A stretch of 64,000 nucleotides of DNA. It comes from Rhynchobatus australiae (taxonomy: Eukaryota). Under the pieces are notes generated by a model. The model did no database searches. It saw nothing but the letters and a program-made list of their open reading frames with translations, and was not told the DNA's origin. Positions 13,054 to 24,777 of this stretch are shown piece by piece (positions within the stretch are counted from its first letter, which is position 1; each line of letters starts with the position of its first letter). Made by a program: the position numbers and the translations under genes. The stretch spans positions 10,592,420 to 10,656,419 of the forward strand of contig JAUZTB010000063.1 of the NCBI GenBank assembly GCA_034780895.1, read 5' to 3'.

Positions 13054-13725
13054 GAAAAGCAGACCTGGGTCTGAGGGACAGGTAACGGGAGTAAATAACC
13101 ACAGGATCATCCAAGACAGTTGAGTGATCATCCATCATCGAGAGGTACAAAATGAAAACAGATCTGGAACATCCAGGGTATCAATTAACGATAATGTTTA
13201 TGGGATAATTAATGGTTCCTGTAGCAAACCCATTTGCCACCACTCTGTGGAGCTATGCTCCCAGGACTGTGCCAAATGCATATTCAATACATGTAGTTGT
13301 ATACAATTTGTCAATGACATCATTGCTAAAATATAACAGCCTCTGCATCAGATGTTATGCTGGGGATCAAGAGGGAACAAAAAGGCCAATTATGACAGAA
13401 ATGAAGTATTCTTGGAAAAATGAGTCTGATATCTCCCGGCCAAGTGCCCCAATATTTCCTAGTTCTGACAGAAGGTCAACCACCTGGAACATAAACACTT
13501 CCTCGCTCCACAAAGCTACAGAGGATTTTTAACATTTTCAGATTTAATTTCCAAGATCTCCTTTGGTGGTTTGTCTGTGCAGTGAAATGCAGACCTGGGT
13601 CGGAGGGACAGGTGACTGGAGTAAATAACCACAGGATCATCCAGCACAGTTGAATGAACATCCATCATCAAGAGGTACAAAATGAAAACAGATATGGAAC
13701 ATCCAGGGTAGCAATTAACGATAAT
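13054..13725 (+). repeat. 142-bp direct duplication (13054-13195 and 13584-13725), about 92% identical, no indels
   Basis: Aligned by eye at constant offset 530; 11 mismatches. Confidence 0.95.
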
Positions 13726-13952
13726 TGTTAGAAACATTGCAGTGAAATGCCCTGGAAGGTTCTTGCTACATTGGAGGTGCTACATTAATGGAGGCCATTG
13801 CTGTAATTATTTTTTTATATATTAAACAGATATGAAAGCTGTAGGCACAGTGTGTGCAAGCACAAGGTGAGCTGCAGCTTTGACACCAAGTATTCGGCAA
13901 ACCACCAAAGGAGATCTTGGAAATTAAATCTGAAAATGTTAAAAATCCTCTG
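13519..13952. repeat. Perfect 55-bp inverted repeat (13519-13573 and 13898-13952)
   Basis: cagaggatttttaacattttcagatttaatttccaagatctcctttggtggtttg and its exact reverse complement. Confidence 0.97.
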
Positions 13953-14559
13953 CTGTTTGCTATTGCACAGGAAGTTACAGAAACACATTGGCACTCCGAG
14001 TGGTCTGTACATAGCACTGCACAGCCACATTACCACCACCAGCTTAAATCTCTCAGAGATGAATATGGTCAGGGGAGAGAGGGTCTGGTACAAGAAAGGG
14101 GTGGTGGGGAAAGAGGTAAAAGTCACCCACTTCACAAGGGAATGTGCAGAGGTAGCTCCACTTATTTCATTGGCTGCTTCCAGCCTGCAACAACACTTTG
14201 CCTAGCAACGCTCTGCTCATCAGGAAAACTGTTCTGCTCCCATGCAGTGATTACATCTTCTGTTCAGCCAAATTACCAGACAGAAGTGAGAGAATAATTC
14301 CCTGCTTGATATCACACCTATGCTTCACACTTCTCCCAGGGCTTGCTGTTACTGAGCATACTCAAGGACTTGTACCAAACAGAAAAAAAACAGGTACTTA
14401 ATAAATTAGGCAGTTGGGAAACTGGTTCAAACTTTACCAAGGCCAGCTAAAGAATGCGTATAAAAGGACAAAAAAAAAATCAGAAATGAAGAGTTTGCAC
14501 GTTAAAGAAAAAGCTACTTGTCATCAAAACACAATTGGTTCAGCCCCAGTTCACAATTC

Positions 14560-14616
14560 TTCCAGCTCCTGTGCACTTTGCTCCAGATTCCCAGCATCTG
14601 CAGTCTCGTGTCTCCA
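14560..14616 (+). mobile_element. Penelope pLTR tail fragment
   Basis: ttgctccagattcccagcatctgcagtctcgtgtctc, reverse complement of the motif at 32720 and 45484. Confidence 0.6.
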
Positions 14617-16215
14617 TTGGTTTAGTAGTGTTCATTGTGGAAGAAATCCTGCCACTTTAACCAGTTCTGCCTAGTCTCACACTGACTCCTTCAATGTCTT
14701 CAGTGAAATGGATGGACGAACAACTCAACTCCAAAGCAAGCTTCTCTGCACAATGAGCAAGGAGCAGGGAGTTTGGCTTTTCCAGCACATCCTGATAATG
14801 AACAGTAATGACTTCAACGAGGAGAGAAATGGAGCTAAACATCATTGCCTTCACTGTAAAATAACTACCCGTAACTTAGGCTTTCCCATGAAAAATGTAC
14901 AATGGGATATTACTGCTCAACCCCAGAGTTGGAGAAAATGAAAAAAAGGATGAGCATTTACATATTTTATGATAAGAAAGCATTTATCAGCTTCACTAAT
15001 TAGATACAGCAAGATACAGAAGGCAAAGCACTAATACAGTTACCACTATACCAACTTTCACTGGTTGATTCAGTTCTGCTCTCAGTCTGAGTCAAACCCT
15101 CAGAGTAGTTGTGTGGGATTAATCATGCAGCTTATAAATTAATCCTTTTTATTTAATTTTCTATTCCAGCAACTGAAGCTATTACAACAGGGAAATGATT
15201 CACTTCACAAGATCCATGACAAATTGTAACTCAAGGCCACAAAGTCATGTGCTAAGCAAAGACCAATATCAGACCCTTGAATCATCAGCCCCAAAGATGA
15301 CTCGAGGTCAAGGATTTCTTTTCATTTATTCTAGAGGCAGACTTATTTCCTGTTGAAGGCTTATAAAACTTTTCCTCAAATTGAATCATAACAAGAAGAA
15401 CTTTGACCTACTTTACTCCCTTCTTTAATATAGTACCTGTTCTCTCTCCATCACAAAATCACACCTGTCAGACAACATATTCAATGAAATGGCTCAAGAT
15501 TTAACTCGCCTTAAAAGAAAATAATTTTGGAATTGTCAATGTCTCTTATAGACCACTGTTTATAAGATACCCATTAATTGGGGTTGGATTTGGACAATTC
15601 ACTGATGCTTCGATAACCCATTGTCATAATTCACTGAAAATTATATCACAACAATCAGCAGTCAATGATCCACTTAGTTTTCTCAAGAGCACCTCAGTGT
15701 AGATCTAAATGGTTAGGATTCAACAGAACATTAATGTATTAACTCAACCAAAGAGAAATCACACAAGCTAACTGCTGCAAATTTCACAGGCTGCTGGACT
15801 TTTAAAAAAAGTGTGTTAAAGGAGAGTGTTGGAAACAGTGCAAAATAATCATCTCACTGGAATTTTGTTTGTTGTTCCTGTTGAAACATCAATTTTCACA
15901 TCTGCGAGATAAAATCCTGGGACAGTTCTCCACCTGCTTGACCACATTACTTATGTCGTCACCATTTACAGAAAACCAGACATGACTTCAGAATGCCCTG
16001 GGAGCTGTCTGGGTCTGGGAAGTGGCCGATACAGTGTGGTTTGCCAGGGTCTCCCCAGCTTCGTGCCAGCTTACAGAGACATCCAAAGTCAAGGCCTCAT
16101 GTGCTATCACCACAGGAACTTGGATCTCCACATGGGTCTCCTTCACTGATGGGACACCCAATACGCTTAATAACATGAATATACAAATTAGCAATGGAAG
16201 GTCACTTAGCCCTCA

Positions 16216-16580
16216 AGGTGTAGCACAGTAGCCCAGCTATTAGAGTTGCTGCATCACAGCTCCAGCGACCAGGGTTTGATCCTGACCTCGGGTGCTGTGT
16301 GTGGAGTTGGCACGTTCTCCCTATGAGCACACTGGTCTCCTCCAGGTTCTCTGGTTTTTCCCATATCCTAAAGACAAGCGAGTTAATAGAGTAAATCGGT
16401 CACTGTAAACTGCCCCCCAGTGTGTAGGTGAGTGGTAGGATATGGGGAGGCAGGAGTTAATGTGAACTTAGGGCAAGTAAAATGGGGTTGGTGCAGTCAG
16501 ATGCTGGGTGGACAGCATGGCCTCAAATGGGCCAAAGGGCCTACTTCTGCACTGCATGACCTGTATAATTCCACGACTCA
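16216..16580 (+). mobile_element. Near full-length HE1/V-type tRNA-derived SINE with CR1-derived tail
   Basis: tRNA-like head with B-box-like gggtttgatcc; V-domain gtggagttggcacgttctccc...cccatatcctaaagac; tail gggccaaagggcctacttctgcactg. Confidence 0.9.
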
Positions 16581-16664
16581 AGCCTGCTCTGATGTTCTAA
16601 AAGTTTACAATTCATTTGATTGTAACCTCAATCTTACATTTTTATCTACCCTCAGGAACCTCAC

Positions 16665-17168
16665 ACCCCACTGCTCATCAAGAAACTAATTCTGCCTTAA
16701 AAATATTTAAAAACTTCAGATTGCCACATGAATGATAGAGAAATGGAGGGCTATGTGGGAGGGAAGGGTTAGATAGACCTTAGAGCGGATTAAAATGTCG
16801 GCACAATATTGTGGGCCGAAGGGCCTGTACTGTGTTGTAATGTTCTATGTTCGAACTGCTTCAACCCCCATGAAGAATCAAGTTCCAAAGACTCAAAGCT
16901 CAAGANNNNNNNNNNNNNNNNNNNNNNNNNNNNNNNNNNNNNNNNNNNNNNNNNNNNNNNNNNNNNNNNNNNNNNNNNNNNNNNNNNNNNNNNNNNNNNN
17001 NNNNNGAACTGCTTCAACCCCCATGAAGAATCAAGTTCCAAAGACTCAAAGCTCAAGAGAAAAATCTCTTCATCTCTGCCTTAAATGAGTGACTTTTTTT
17101 TAAAATAGTGATTGCTTATTCTAGGTGGTCCCACAAGAGAAAACATCTCCACATCCACTGTGTCAAGA
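16665..17168 (-). mobile_element. Old CR1 3' fragment containing a young CR1 3' end
   Basis: agttccaaagactc, aaaatctcttcatctctgccttaaatg and aaacatctccacatccactgtgtcaag are the reverse of CR1 ORF2 end. Confidence 0.65.
16722..16852 (+). mobile_element. Young CR1 3' end (heavily 5'-truncated)
   Basis: gtcggcacaatattgtgggccgaagggcctgtactgtgttgtaatgttctatgttc with CpGs retained and short tail repeat. Confidence 0.9.
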
Positions 17169-17304
17169 AACGTCAAGTTACAAGCAGCAAGCTCAGACGT
17201 CTCCACAGGGAGTGCGTTGTTCCATTTCACCCAGCTTTACCTAGCTGGTCAAACAGCACAAGGGTCGATTTCTGAAGCCTCGGCAGCTGAACGACGACAA
17301 AGCA

Positions 17305-17765
17305 AGAAACAAACTGCTGGAGGAACTCAGCAGGTCAGGCAGCATCCATGGAGGGAAATCGACAGTCGACATTTCGGGTTAAGACCCTTCAGCTGGACTG
17401 AGATTGTGGAGGGGAGAAAGGCAGTATGTCAAGGTGAGGGGAAGGGGTTGGAGTAAGAGTTGCAAGTGATGGGTGAATCCAGGGGAAGGGGGGGGGGGGA
17501 AAGAGTGGAAATAGTGACAGAGGGTGTGAGGTGATAGGTGGAGGCAATGNNNNNNNNNNNNNNNNNNNNNNNNNNNNNNNNNNNNNNNNNNNNNNNNNNN
17601 NNNNNNNNNNNNNNNNNNNNNNNNNCCGGGGGCGGGGGGGGGGGGCAAAGAGTGGAAATAGTGACAGAGGGTGTGAGGTGATAGGTGGAGGCAATGAAGG
17701 GCTACAGATGATGGAATCTGATGGGAAAGTGGAGCATGGAACCAAAAGGGAGGTGTGGTGGATAA
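17305..17765 (-). mobile_element. Penelope-like element 3' region with pLTR
   Basis: ctgctggaggaactcagcaggtcaggcagcatccatggagggaaat...gtcgacatttcgggttaagacccttca followed by the purine-rich tract typical of these elements. Confidence 0.8.
17363..17400 (-). ncRNA. Degenerate minimal type I hammerhead-ribozyme motif in pLTR
   Basis: Minus strand CAGUC-CAGCUGA-A-GGGU(CUUA)ACCC-GAAA-UG-UC-GACUG: stems I and II intact, core differs from CUGAUGA at two positions. Confidence 0.5.
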
Positions 17766-19126
17766 TGGCAAGTCTCATTATTCAAAGTGTTGCTATTTAG
17801 AGATGTACTGTTAGTGATGCTGCTAAATGGATTAGTAATTTCAGGGTGTGGACCAAGACAAATGAAATGGTGATTTTACAAAGTGGACAAAATAATTATG
17901 GCAATGCCATGCACTAAAATAGAATAGAGAAGTACTTAAAAAAAAATTACCCTAACCCCTTCAGTTACCTATTGAAAAAAGTTACTAGTTGAGCAAAGTC
18001 TCGTTATTTGGGCAAGGAGGCTAGTTTAGGATTCAGTTTCTTCAAAACTGTGTCTTCCATCTCTGTCTTTTGAAAGGTACTTAATCAAGCCTCAGATCCT
18101 TGTGGTGTAGAGACACATGCCTCAGCTTCCGTCAGCCAAGACTTTGTGGCATCTTGATCCAGTTACCACAAATCCCTGTTGGAGGGCTGCAGGATGTTGA
18201 TTTGAATGGCTCTTCTCCAAAGCTGTGCATACTCTAATACTGAGCTGATGCAGGAAACATCAACCAGACTAGTGGGTATTGGAGAAGACGTTAATGAAAT
18301 CAGACTAGGAGTTTTGCAACTAGTCCCAAATCTTTCACTCCCTCCAGCACTGGTTTTAGCCTGTTCTGCATTCCTTTCCCTTCCAGACCATTAAATAACC
18401 AAACACTTTAGAGGACTCCAAAACCTCTCATACTACCAGAGTTCAAAAGGCAGAAGTGGTTGTTTTACTATGCATCTCCTGCAGAAACAAGCAGGAAAAA
18501 ATGGGACTAGTTAATTATCCCTTATTTCAAAATAAAAACATTCCACTGCAAAATGTGATAGAAACAGCCCAAGTTAACTTTTCATTACTAAGCATGCCAG
18601 CAAATTTCATGTACAAATTAAATCCCTTAACCTGGAATTTGCAATGGATTGAATGGATGCAGCTTTCCTAATTTCCTGAGGACCAATACAGCTTTGTGGT
18701 GGCGAGAACAACTATACATGGAAGACCACAATAGTGATCATCCCACATACCATTTTGAAACCAAGGACTTACTAAACCAAGTACTGGAATTCAAGCAATG
18801 CTTTTGCTTCTCCCACATGCATCCTACTGAGATTCAAACAGCAGTGTACTTCAACCTACCAGGCCTACAATCCATTAGGAATTCTCTCAGACCTGCCACT
18901 TGGAAGCCAAATGCAACCAACTTCAGGGTCACTGCAATTAAAAACTGCAATTCATCCTCATTGTGCTAACTTGGATTAATTTTCAACCAGTGTTCAATCC
19001 ACAAAGTGTGCAGGCAACTGCAGATTTAAAAAAAAATCAAGGCAGCGATGGCCATTTTCTACCATTACATGCGGGTCTCCGGCATGTTATGATTAATCTT
19101 CAGGACAGAAAATAAGAGCCACTCAC

Positions 19127-19212
19127 CTGCCATGCATCACATTCCAGCCCAGTGATTCAGCATATCTTCCCTTCTGCTTCAGCACTAGCTCCAACACCGT
19201 GAATGGGACGGC
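19127..19212 (-). other. Candidate 86-nt internal exon of an unidentified minus-strand transcript
   Basis: Acceptor tcttttctcactctag and donor CAG/GTGAGT; one open frame AVPFTVLELVLKQKGRYAESLGWNVMHG; no recognised homology. Confidence 0.3.
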
Positions 19213-19894
19213 CTAGAGTGAGAAAAGATTCAGAGAGTTTACTGACAAGTCCCCCAACATGTTTACGTTACAAGACTTGCAGATTGTTGGCAGCTCTAGA
19301 TGAACAGCGAGCTGTGGAGACCTACAAGCTTGCATTAACATCTCTTCTCTTGTTAAAACCTTTGCAAACAAGAACTATCCCAGATAGCATAAACTACAGT
19401 ACACTAAGCTTATGACATGCCCATTGATTGAACCAACATGGCATAATGCCCAAAATAATTGGGGGGAACATTGATAGACTTCAAACAAAACTGTTCAAAT
19501 ATGCAATAGTGAAACATTTTCCAAATTTGCCATAAAATGTGCCAGAAATAAATGTGCTGTCATACAGAATTACACGAATGGTAGATGCACTTCTACCAAA
19601 CATGTCAACACTTGGGCACCCAAGAAATCTTGACTCCAAACTTCCAGAGTGCAGCAACAATGACCCTGAAGCAAACAGTGCAGCAGAAACCAAGTTTTGT
19701 TAATTTGCAATAGAATAAAAATGCACACAAATTATATAACCACTAGGTTCTCTGAAGGTTTCCAATGGTCAGGTACCAACATTCAGAGTGCATGGAAACA
19801 TGTAACAGTGAGATTTTTTCACAGCCACAGTAAGGGAAGGTTGGGTGGCCAGTTTTATTTGAAGTACTCATACAATTTACTCACTCAAACCAGC

Positions 19895-20020
19895 CCACAC
19901 CAATGAAATGACGCTCTGTGTCGCCCTCCAAGCGAGTGAATACTTGTCTCTGATTGGTGAATCAATAGACGGGCTCCCAAGCCAATGAAAGGACACAGGT
20001 GTTGCAACATCCAATGGAGA
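19895..20020. promoter_or_regulatory. Cluster of four CCAAT (NF-Y) boxes
   Basis: CCAAT at 19900, ATTGG at 19953, CCAAT at 19982 and 20011, with retained CpGs. Confidence 0.4.
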
Positions 20021-22009
20021 GGGTGTTTCACCTCAGTTACTTTTGATCAAATAGTTCAGGAGAGAGAGAGAATCTCAATCACTTTCCAGTTAAACTTTGC
20101 CCAATTTCTTTGCCCTTAAGCTTTCACTCAGCTTTGTCCATGCCTATCTAATGGCAATAAACTGGATTCTTGCAGCCTATAGAGCATGCACAATTATTGC
20201 ACCAACAGACACCATCTACATTGTGTGACAGTATACTTGTTACTTGTTCCAGCAGTGAACTACAGGTTCTAGGACTAAAATTCTCATTTCCAATGTTAAA
20301 CAAGCACAATTAAACTCCCGGATTGAACGTTCTTTAAACAGTTTTGCTGTCCATCGCAAAGTTTGCAAAATACACGAAACATATAATTGAACAAAGTATG
20401 TGCAAACATGCTCATGATCTGATGATTATTGCTCAGAAACTCAAACTTTGGAATGATGATGCCATGAATATTATTGACCACTGCAGTGGCTGACAAGGCA
20501 GCTACCGGTCACAGTTGGTGCTCTCAATCTTACTTCTCAGTCAACTGAGTAGAAATTGCTCAGCACATGTACAAGGACAGCCAAGATGGTTCTTACCAAT
20601 GGTGAGACTTGTTGGAACTTTCCTTTCTCACACCAGCTAAGTACAACAACCTGCATGATTTTAATTCACACCACTTTAAAACAGAGATCAGTCAAACTAC
20701 TTATGCCAATGCAATCTTCACCAGAAGGCCAACAAAAAGTTGCCTGAGAGCTGAAGGAATCCAAATGAAGGTTCACCCAGCACATCAGCAGCAGAGCCCA
20801 CTACCAGCCTCTGAGGGTAACTGTCAGTCACAAAGGAGGTCCCACTGCCCAAGGTTTGCTGGAGAAATCAGCCCGATTTTATTTTACAGGGGGCATTGCT
20901 CAGTTTGGTTACATGTTCCACCCACTGCATTTCACCTGGAACAGATCGGGTGGCAATTTCAGTGCCAAATCACTGGAAAATGACACTAGGGAGCAAAATG
21001 CAGCTCATTTCACAGCTCTCAGGAAACGCAACGGGACAACTCCAGCCTTGCACATGGTTATGAGACTTCCACAACAGGTGCACATCAAATTATACAAGTT
21101 TATTGCCACAAGATTCTTTGCGTTCACCTGAGAGTGGCGACAGGGCATTGCTTTAATGTCTCAGAGCCATATACTGGAATTGAGTCATAGGTCCAGAAAT
21201 GGATTGACTGAATGTAATATTCCAATGTTTGAAAATAGCTCTGCAGTTTTACAAATTTGCTCTCTTCACTGGAGAGATTAAACACCACGAGTTGACTGCC
21301 TGACACACTGAAGCATTGGAGCAGGTGGGTAATATAGTGCTGCATTTGTCTGATGCAACCTGGAAGCCTGATTCATCCCTCCGTCACTATAATGGCCACC
21401 AATTTGGAGCTTAAGACGCACATCCTGTACTGAAAAGATTGTGCATCTCAGTTCTAGGAAACATGCGTTACAGCACCGATTCATATTATTTTTACAATAA
21501 ATGATGTCAAACTGAAGACACAAATTAATCATAATCCACAAAGCAACATTCTCTTTTAGAACAACTGGAGCTTTCAGATGTGCAGGGGATTTCCCATTTG
21601 TGTGTGTGTGTTTTCCAATCTACACGAAAACCTTTTCTGCATGTTCTTGGAATGAGATGAACGTGAAAGTTTAAGACCTGGGGGCAAGAATAAACAGCTG
21701 CCTCTCGTCCAACCTAGCCTCTGAAAACCAGACTCCACTCCTGACCCATAAACAACGCAAAATCAACATCAAGTAGAAAAGTCCCTCAGAGGAAGGAAAA
21801 TATAGTGGGAGTATTTTCTGATCAAAGTACTCCTCCAGCTCTAGAGTATCATATCTACTTCATTCTGAGAAATTGATGATCTACTGCTAATTAGGTTCTG
21901 CTTGGCCATTTCAGAGGAAGAAAATCACTTGCATCTCAGGAGGAAATACCATTCACCACAAATCCCAAAATAACCCCAAGTTACCCAGTATGTGATAGCT
22001 CATCATTGA

Positions 22010-22310
22010 AGGAAAATTGTATACATTTATATGGCATCTTTCACTTGCCCTAAAGCATTTGGCAGCCAATGAATTACTTCCAACAGCAATGTTGTACACC
22101 AAATGCAACAGGCAGTTTCAGCAAGGTTCCACGAAGAGCAATGCGAGATAATTTTTTTTTAAATGGATGTTGCAATAAACAGTGATTGGGGATTAGAGAC
22201 TTCAAAACAGCAACCTTCCACATCTTCCTGAGAATCCAGCCAAGGCCCAGAGATTTGCAACATTTTGAAAGAACGATGACACTTGTGAAGAATCCTAGCT
22301 TGACGACAGT
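22010..22310 (-). mobile_element. Deu-domain SINE (SacSINE/AmnSINE1-like) with L2-type tail, decayed
   Basis: catttatatggcatctttcac...aaagcatttggcagccaatgaattactt...cagcaaggttccacgaagagcaatg resembles the DeuSINE 3' half in reverse. Confidence 0.6.
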
Positions 22311-22344
22311 TTAAGCTACGACTGTTTTCTTTGGGACAGAGGTC

Positions 22345-22662
22345 GTTATGATCATGAGGGGCCTGGAGGGAGTAAATAGCAAGGATTGATTTCCTAGTGG
22401 TTAAAGTCCTGGGGGCAGAGACTTGAAGTAACTGGCACAAGAAATAGAGGGAGCTGAGGAATAATCTTCTCACTCGGAAGACAGTGGGGATCTGGAACTC
22501 ATTGCTTGTGAGAGTGCAGAGGCAGAAACCCGTGTCACATTTATCAAATAATTGGATGTGACCCGCAGGACTCTGAAGCAGCTGCTTTAAAATTGGTATT
22601 ATGCTAAGTCATTCTTTTAACTAGCATCGACAGAATGAGCCAAATGGCCTCTTGTGTCCAGG
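22345..22662 (+). mobile_element. CR1 LINE 3' end
   Basis: gtggggatctggaactcattgcttg (VGIWNSL); tail gagccaaatggcctc. Confidence 0.8.
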
Positions 22663-23291
22663 TTTCTTTCTCTGATAATCCAGCACTCCCTCAGTGCCAA
22701 GGATTCACCTGGATTCCTGCGCTCAGGTTGCCAGAAGAGCACTTGGATCCATATGTTCCAATTCAGGAGGCACGAAGGAAAACTGGAGGGAAGACTGCAG
22801 GAGAGGAATGGCTATAGCTTCCCCACAGCNNNNNNNNNNNNNNNNNNNNNNNNNNNNNNNNNNNNNNNNNNNNNNNNNNNNNNNNNNNNNNNNNNNNNNN
22901 NNNNNNNNNNNNNNNNNNNNNNNNNNNNNCTTCCCCACAGCACCCAGGTGAGCAAAACCAGATAGGAGGTTGAAAATAAAACTCTTCTGGGATTGCAAGC
23001 AGCTCAGCCCACAACAGGCTGCCAAACAAGAAGGAAGAGACAATCCGGTGTGGCAAATATTCAAACTCTCACAAAATATTTCCTTAATACGCAATTTTAA
23101 TCAAGGCTGCCTCAAAGAGCTCGGAGATTTGCAGGGACCATTTCCCTGTACATTTGAGAACTAATGAGGGACCCAGAACAAGACTCGTCACCTTTAGTAC
23201 TTGCTTGCAATTAGCAGTGCGTCAGCAGTAAGGATCAATTCCTTATGTCGGAGCAAATATTCTAAAAGGTTTATACTGATAATCTTCACCT

Positions 23292-23590
23292 GAAGCTGCT
23301 GGCACACAGTTTGTGACCCAGATTAGATCCCAACCTCCAGTGCCGTCCGTGTGAAGTTTGCTTTTTGTCCCTATGATGGCATGGGTTTCCCTCAGATGCT
23401 CACCAGTCCTCCCACATCCTAAAGTGCCGGCTGGTAGGTTAATTGGCCACTGTCAGTAACCTCAAACGCTGGTGGGAGAAATGGGTGAGTTGATGGGCAC
23501 ACCAGGTAGAATGGACAACAGAGAGAAGTGGAAAAACGTGGTCGATCTGAGAGCCAGCATAGACTTGAATGGGCAGAATACCTCCGGGGA
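23292..23590 (+). mobile_element. HE1/V-type SINE
   Basis: gtgtgaagtttgc...catgggtttccc...cctcccacatcctaaag...ggtaggttaattggccactgt; tail gagagccagcatagacttgaatgggc. Confidence 0.8.
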
Positions 23591-23639
23591 GTAAGAAAAT
23601 ATGAGACGAGGTATTACCGAGCAAGCATACGTTTAAATG

Positions 23640-23917
23640 CACAGCCTCAGAATAAAGGGACATCCCTTTAAAACTGACATGAGGAGTTTCTTCAGTCAGA
23701 GGTTGGTGAATTATCGCCACAGAGGACCGTGGAGACCAAGTCACTGTGTGCATTTAAGGCAGAAGTTGATAGGTTCTTGATTGGTAAGGGGGTTAAGGGT
23801 TACAGGGAGAAGGCAGGAGAATGGGGTTGGTGGGAAAAAAATAAATCAGCCGTGACTGAATGGTGGAGCAGACTTGATGGGCCTAATTCTGCTCCTCTAT
23901 CTTGTGGTCCTATGGTC
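23640..23917 (+). mobile_element. CR1 LINE 3' end
   Basis: ORF 23729 ETKSLCAFKAEVDRFLIGKGVKGYREKAGEW; tail gcctaattctgctcctctatcttgtggtcctatggtc. Confidence 0.9.
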
Positions 23918-24669
23918 TCACTTCAATGCAATGATGTAGATCAGATTAGGAGTACAATTTAACAGTAATCCCAGCACAATGCAGGTGGCTGCCTTTGAAT
24001 TCCTGTTCAGTGAGCATAACATCCCAAGTTCCAGGTCTCAATCTGTGATGGCAATTAGATTATAGGTGGAAAGTCAACTGCATCCCAAAGATATACAAGG
24101 CCAAACAAATTTTATGTTTTCAAAGAGTACAGCTCAATTTCCCTGGTCAGATAATACGATGTGGAAGGAAATACAGATATATTAAAATGCAACTCTAACA
24201 ATACCAATTTTAGTTACCATTACATTAGTTNNNNNNNNNNNNNNNNNNNNNNNNNNNNNNNNNNNNNNNNNNNNNNNNNNNNNNNNNNNNNNNNNNNNNN
24301 NNNNNNNNNNNNNNNNNNNNNNNNNNNNNNNNNNNNNNNNNNNNNNNNNNNNNNNNNNNNNNNNNNNNNNNNNNNNNNNNNNNNNNNNNNNNNNNNNNNN
24401 NNNNNNNNNNNNNNNNNNNNNNNNNNNNNNNNNNNNNNNNNNNNNNNNNNNNNNNNNNNNNNNNNNNNNNNNNNNNNNNNNNNNNNNNNNNNNNNNNNNN
24501 NNNNNNNNNNNNNNNNNNNNNNNNNNNNNNNNNNNNNNNNNNNNNNNNNNNNNNNNNNNNNNNNNNNNNNNNNNNNNNNNNNNNNNNNNNNNNNNNNNNN
24601 NNNNNNNNNNNNNNNNNNNNNNNNNNNNNNNNNNNNNNNNNNNNNNNNNNNNNNNNNNNNNNNNNNNNT

Positions 24670-24777
24670 ACCTTGCTTTTCTTTGGTACCGGGATGATAG
24701 TGGTCTTCTTAAAACAGGAGGGAACCTGAGATTGAAGCAGGGAGAAGTTGAATATGTCCGCAAATACTTCTGCCAGA
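24670..24777 (-). mobile_element. Rex1/Babar LINE RT fragment running into an N gap
   Basis: Minus translation [35 protein letters not shown]. Confidence 0.85.

Noticed and set aside
16216-16290. tRNA genes at SINE heads (also near 32100, 56860, 59531)
   Set aside because: A/B-box-like motifs run straight into SINE bodies and no intact cloverleaf is evident.
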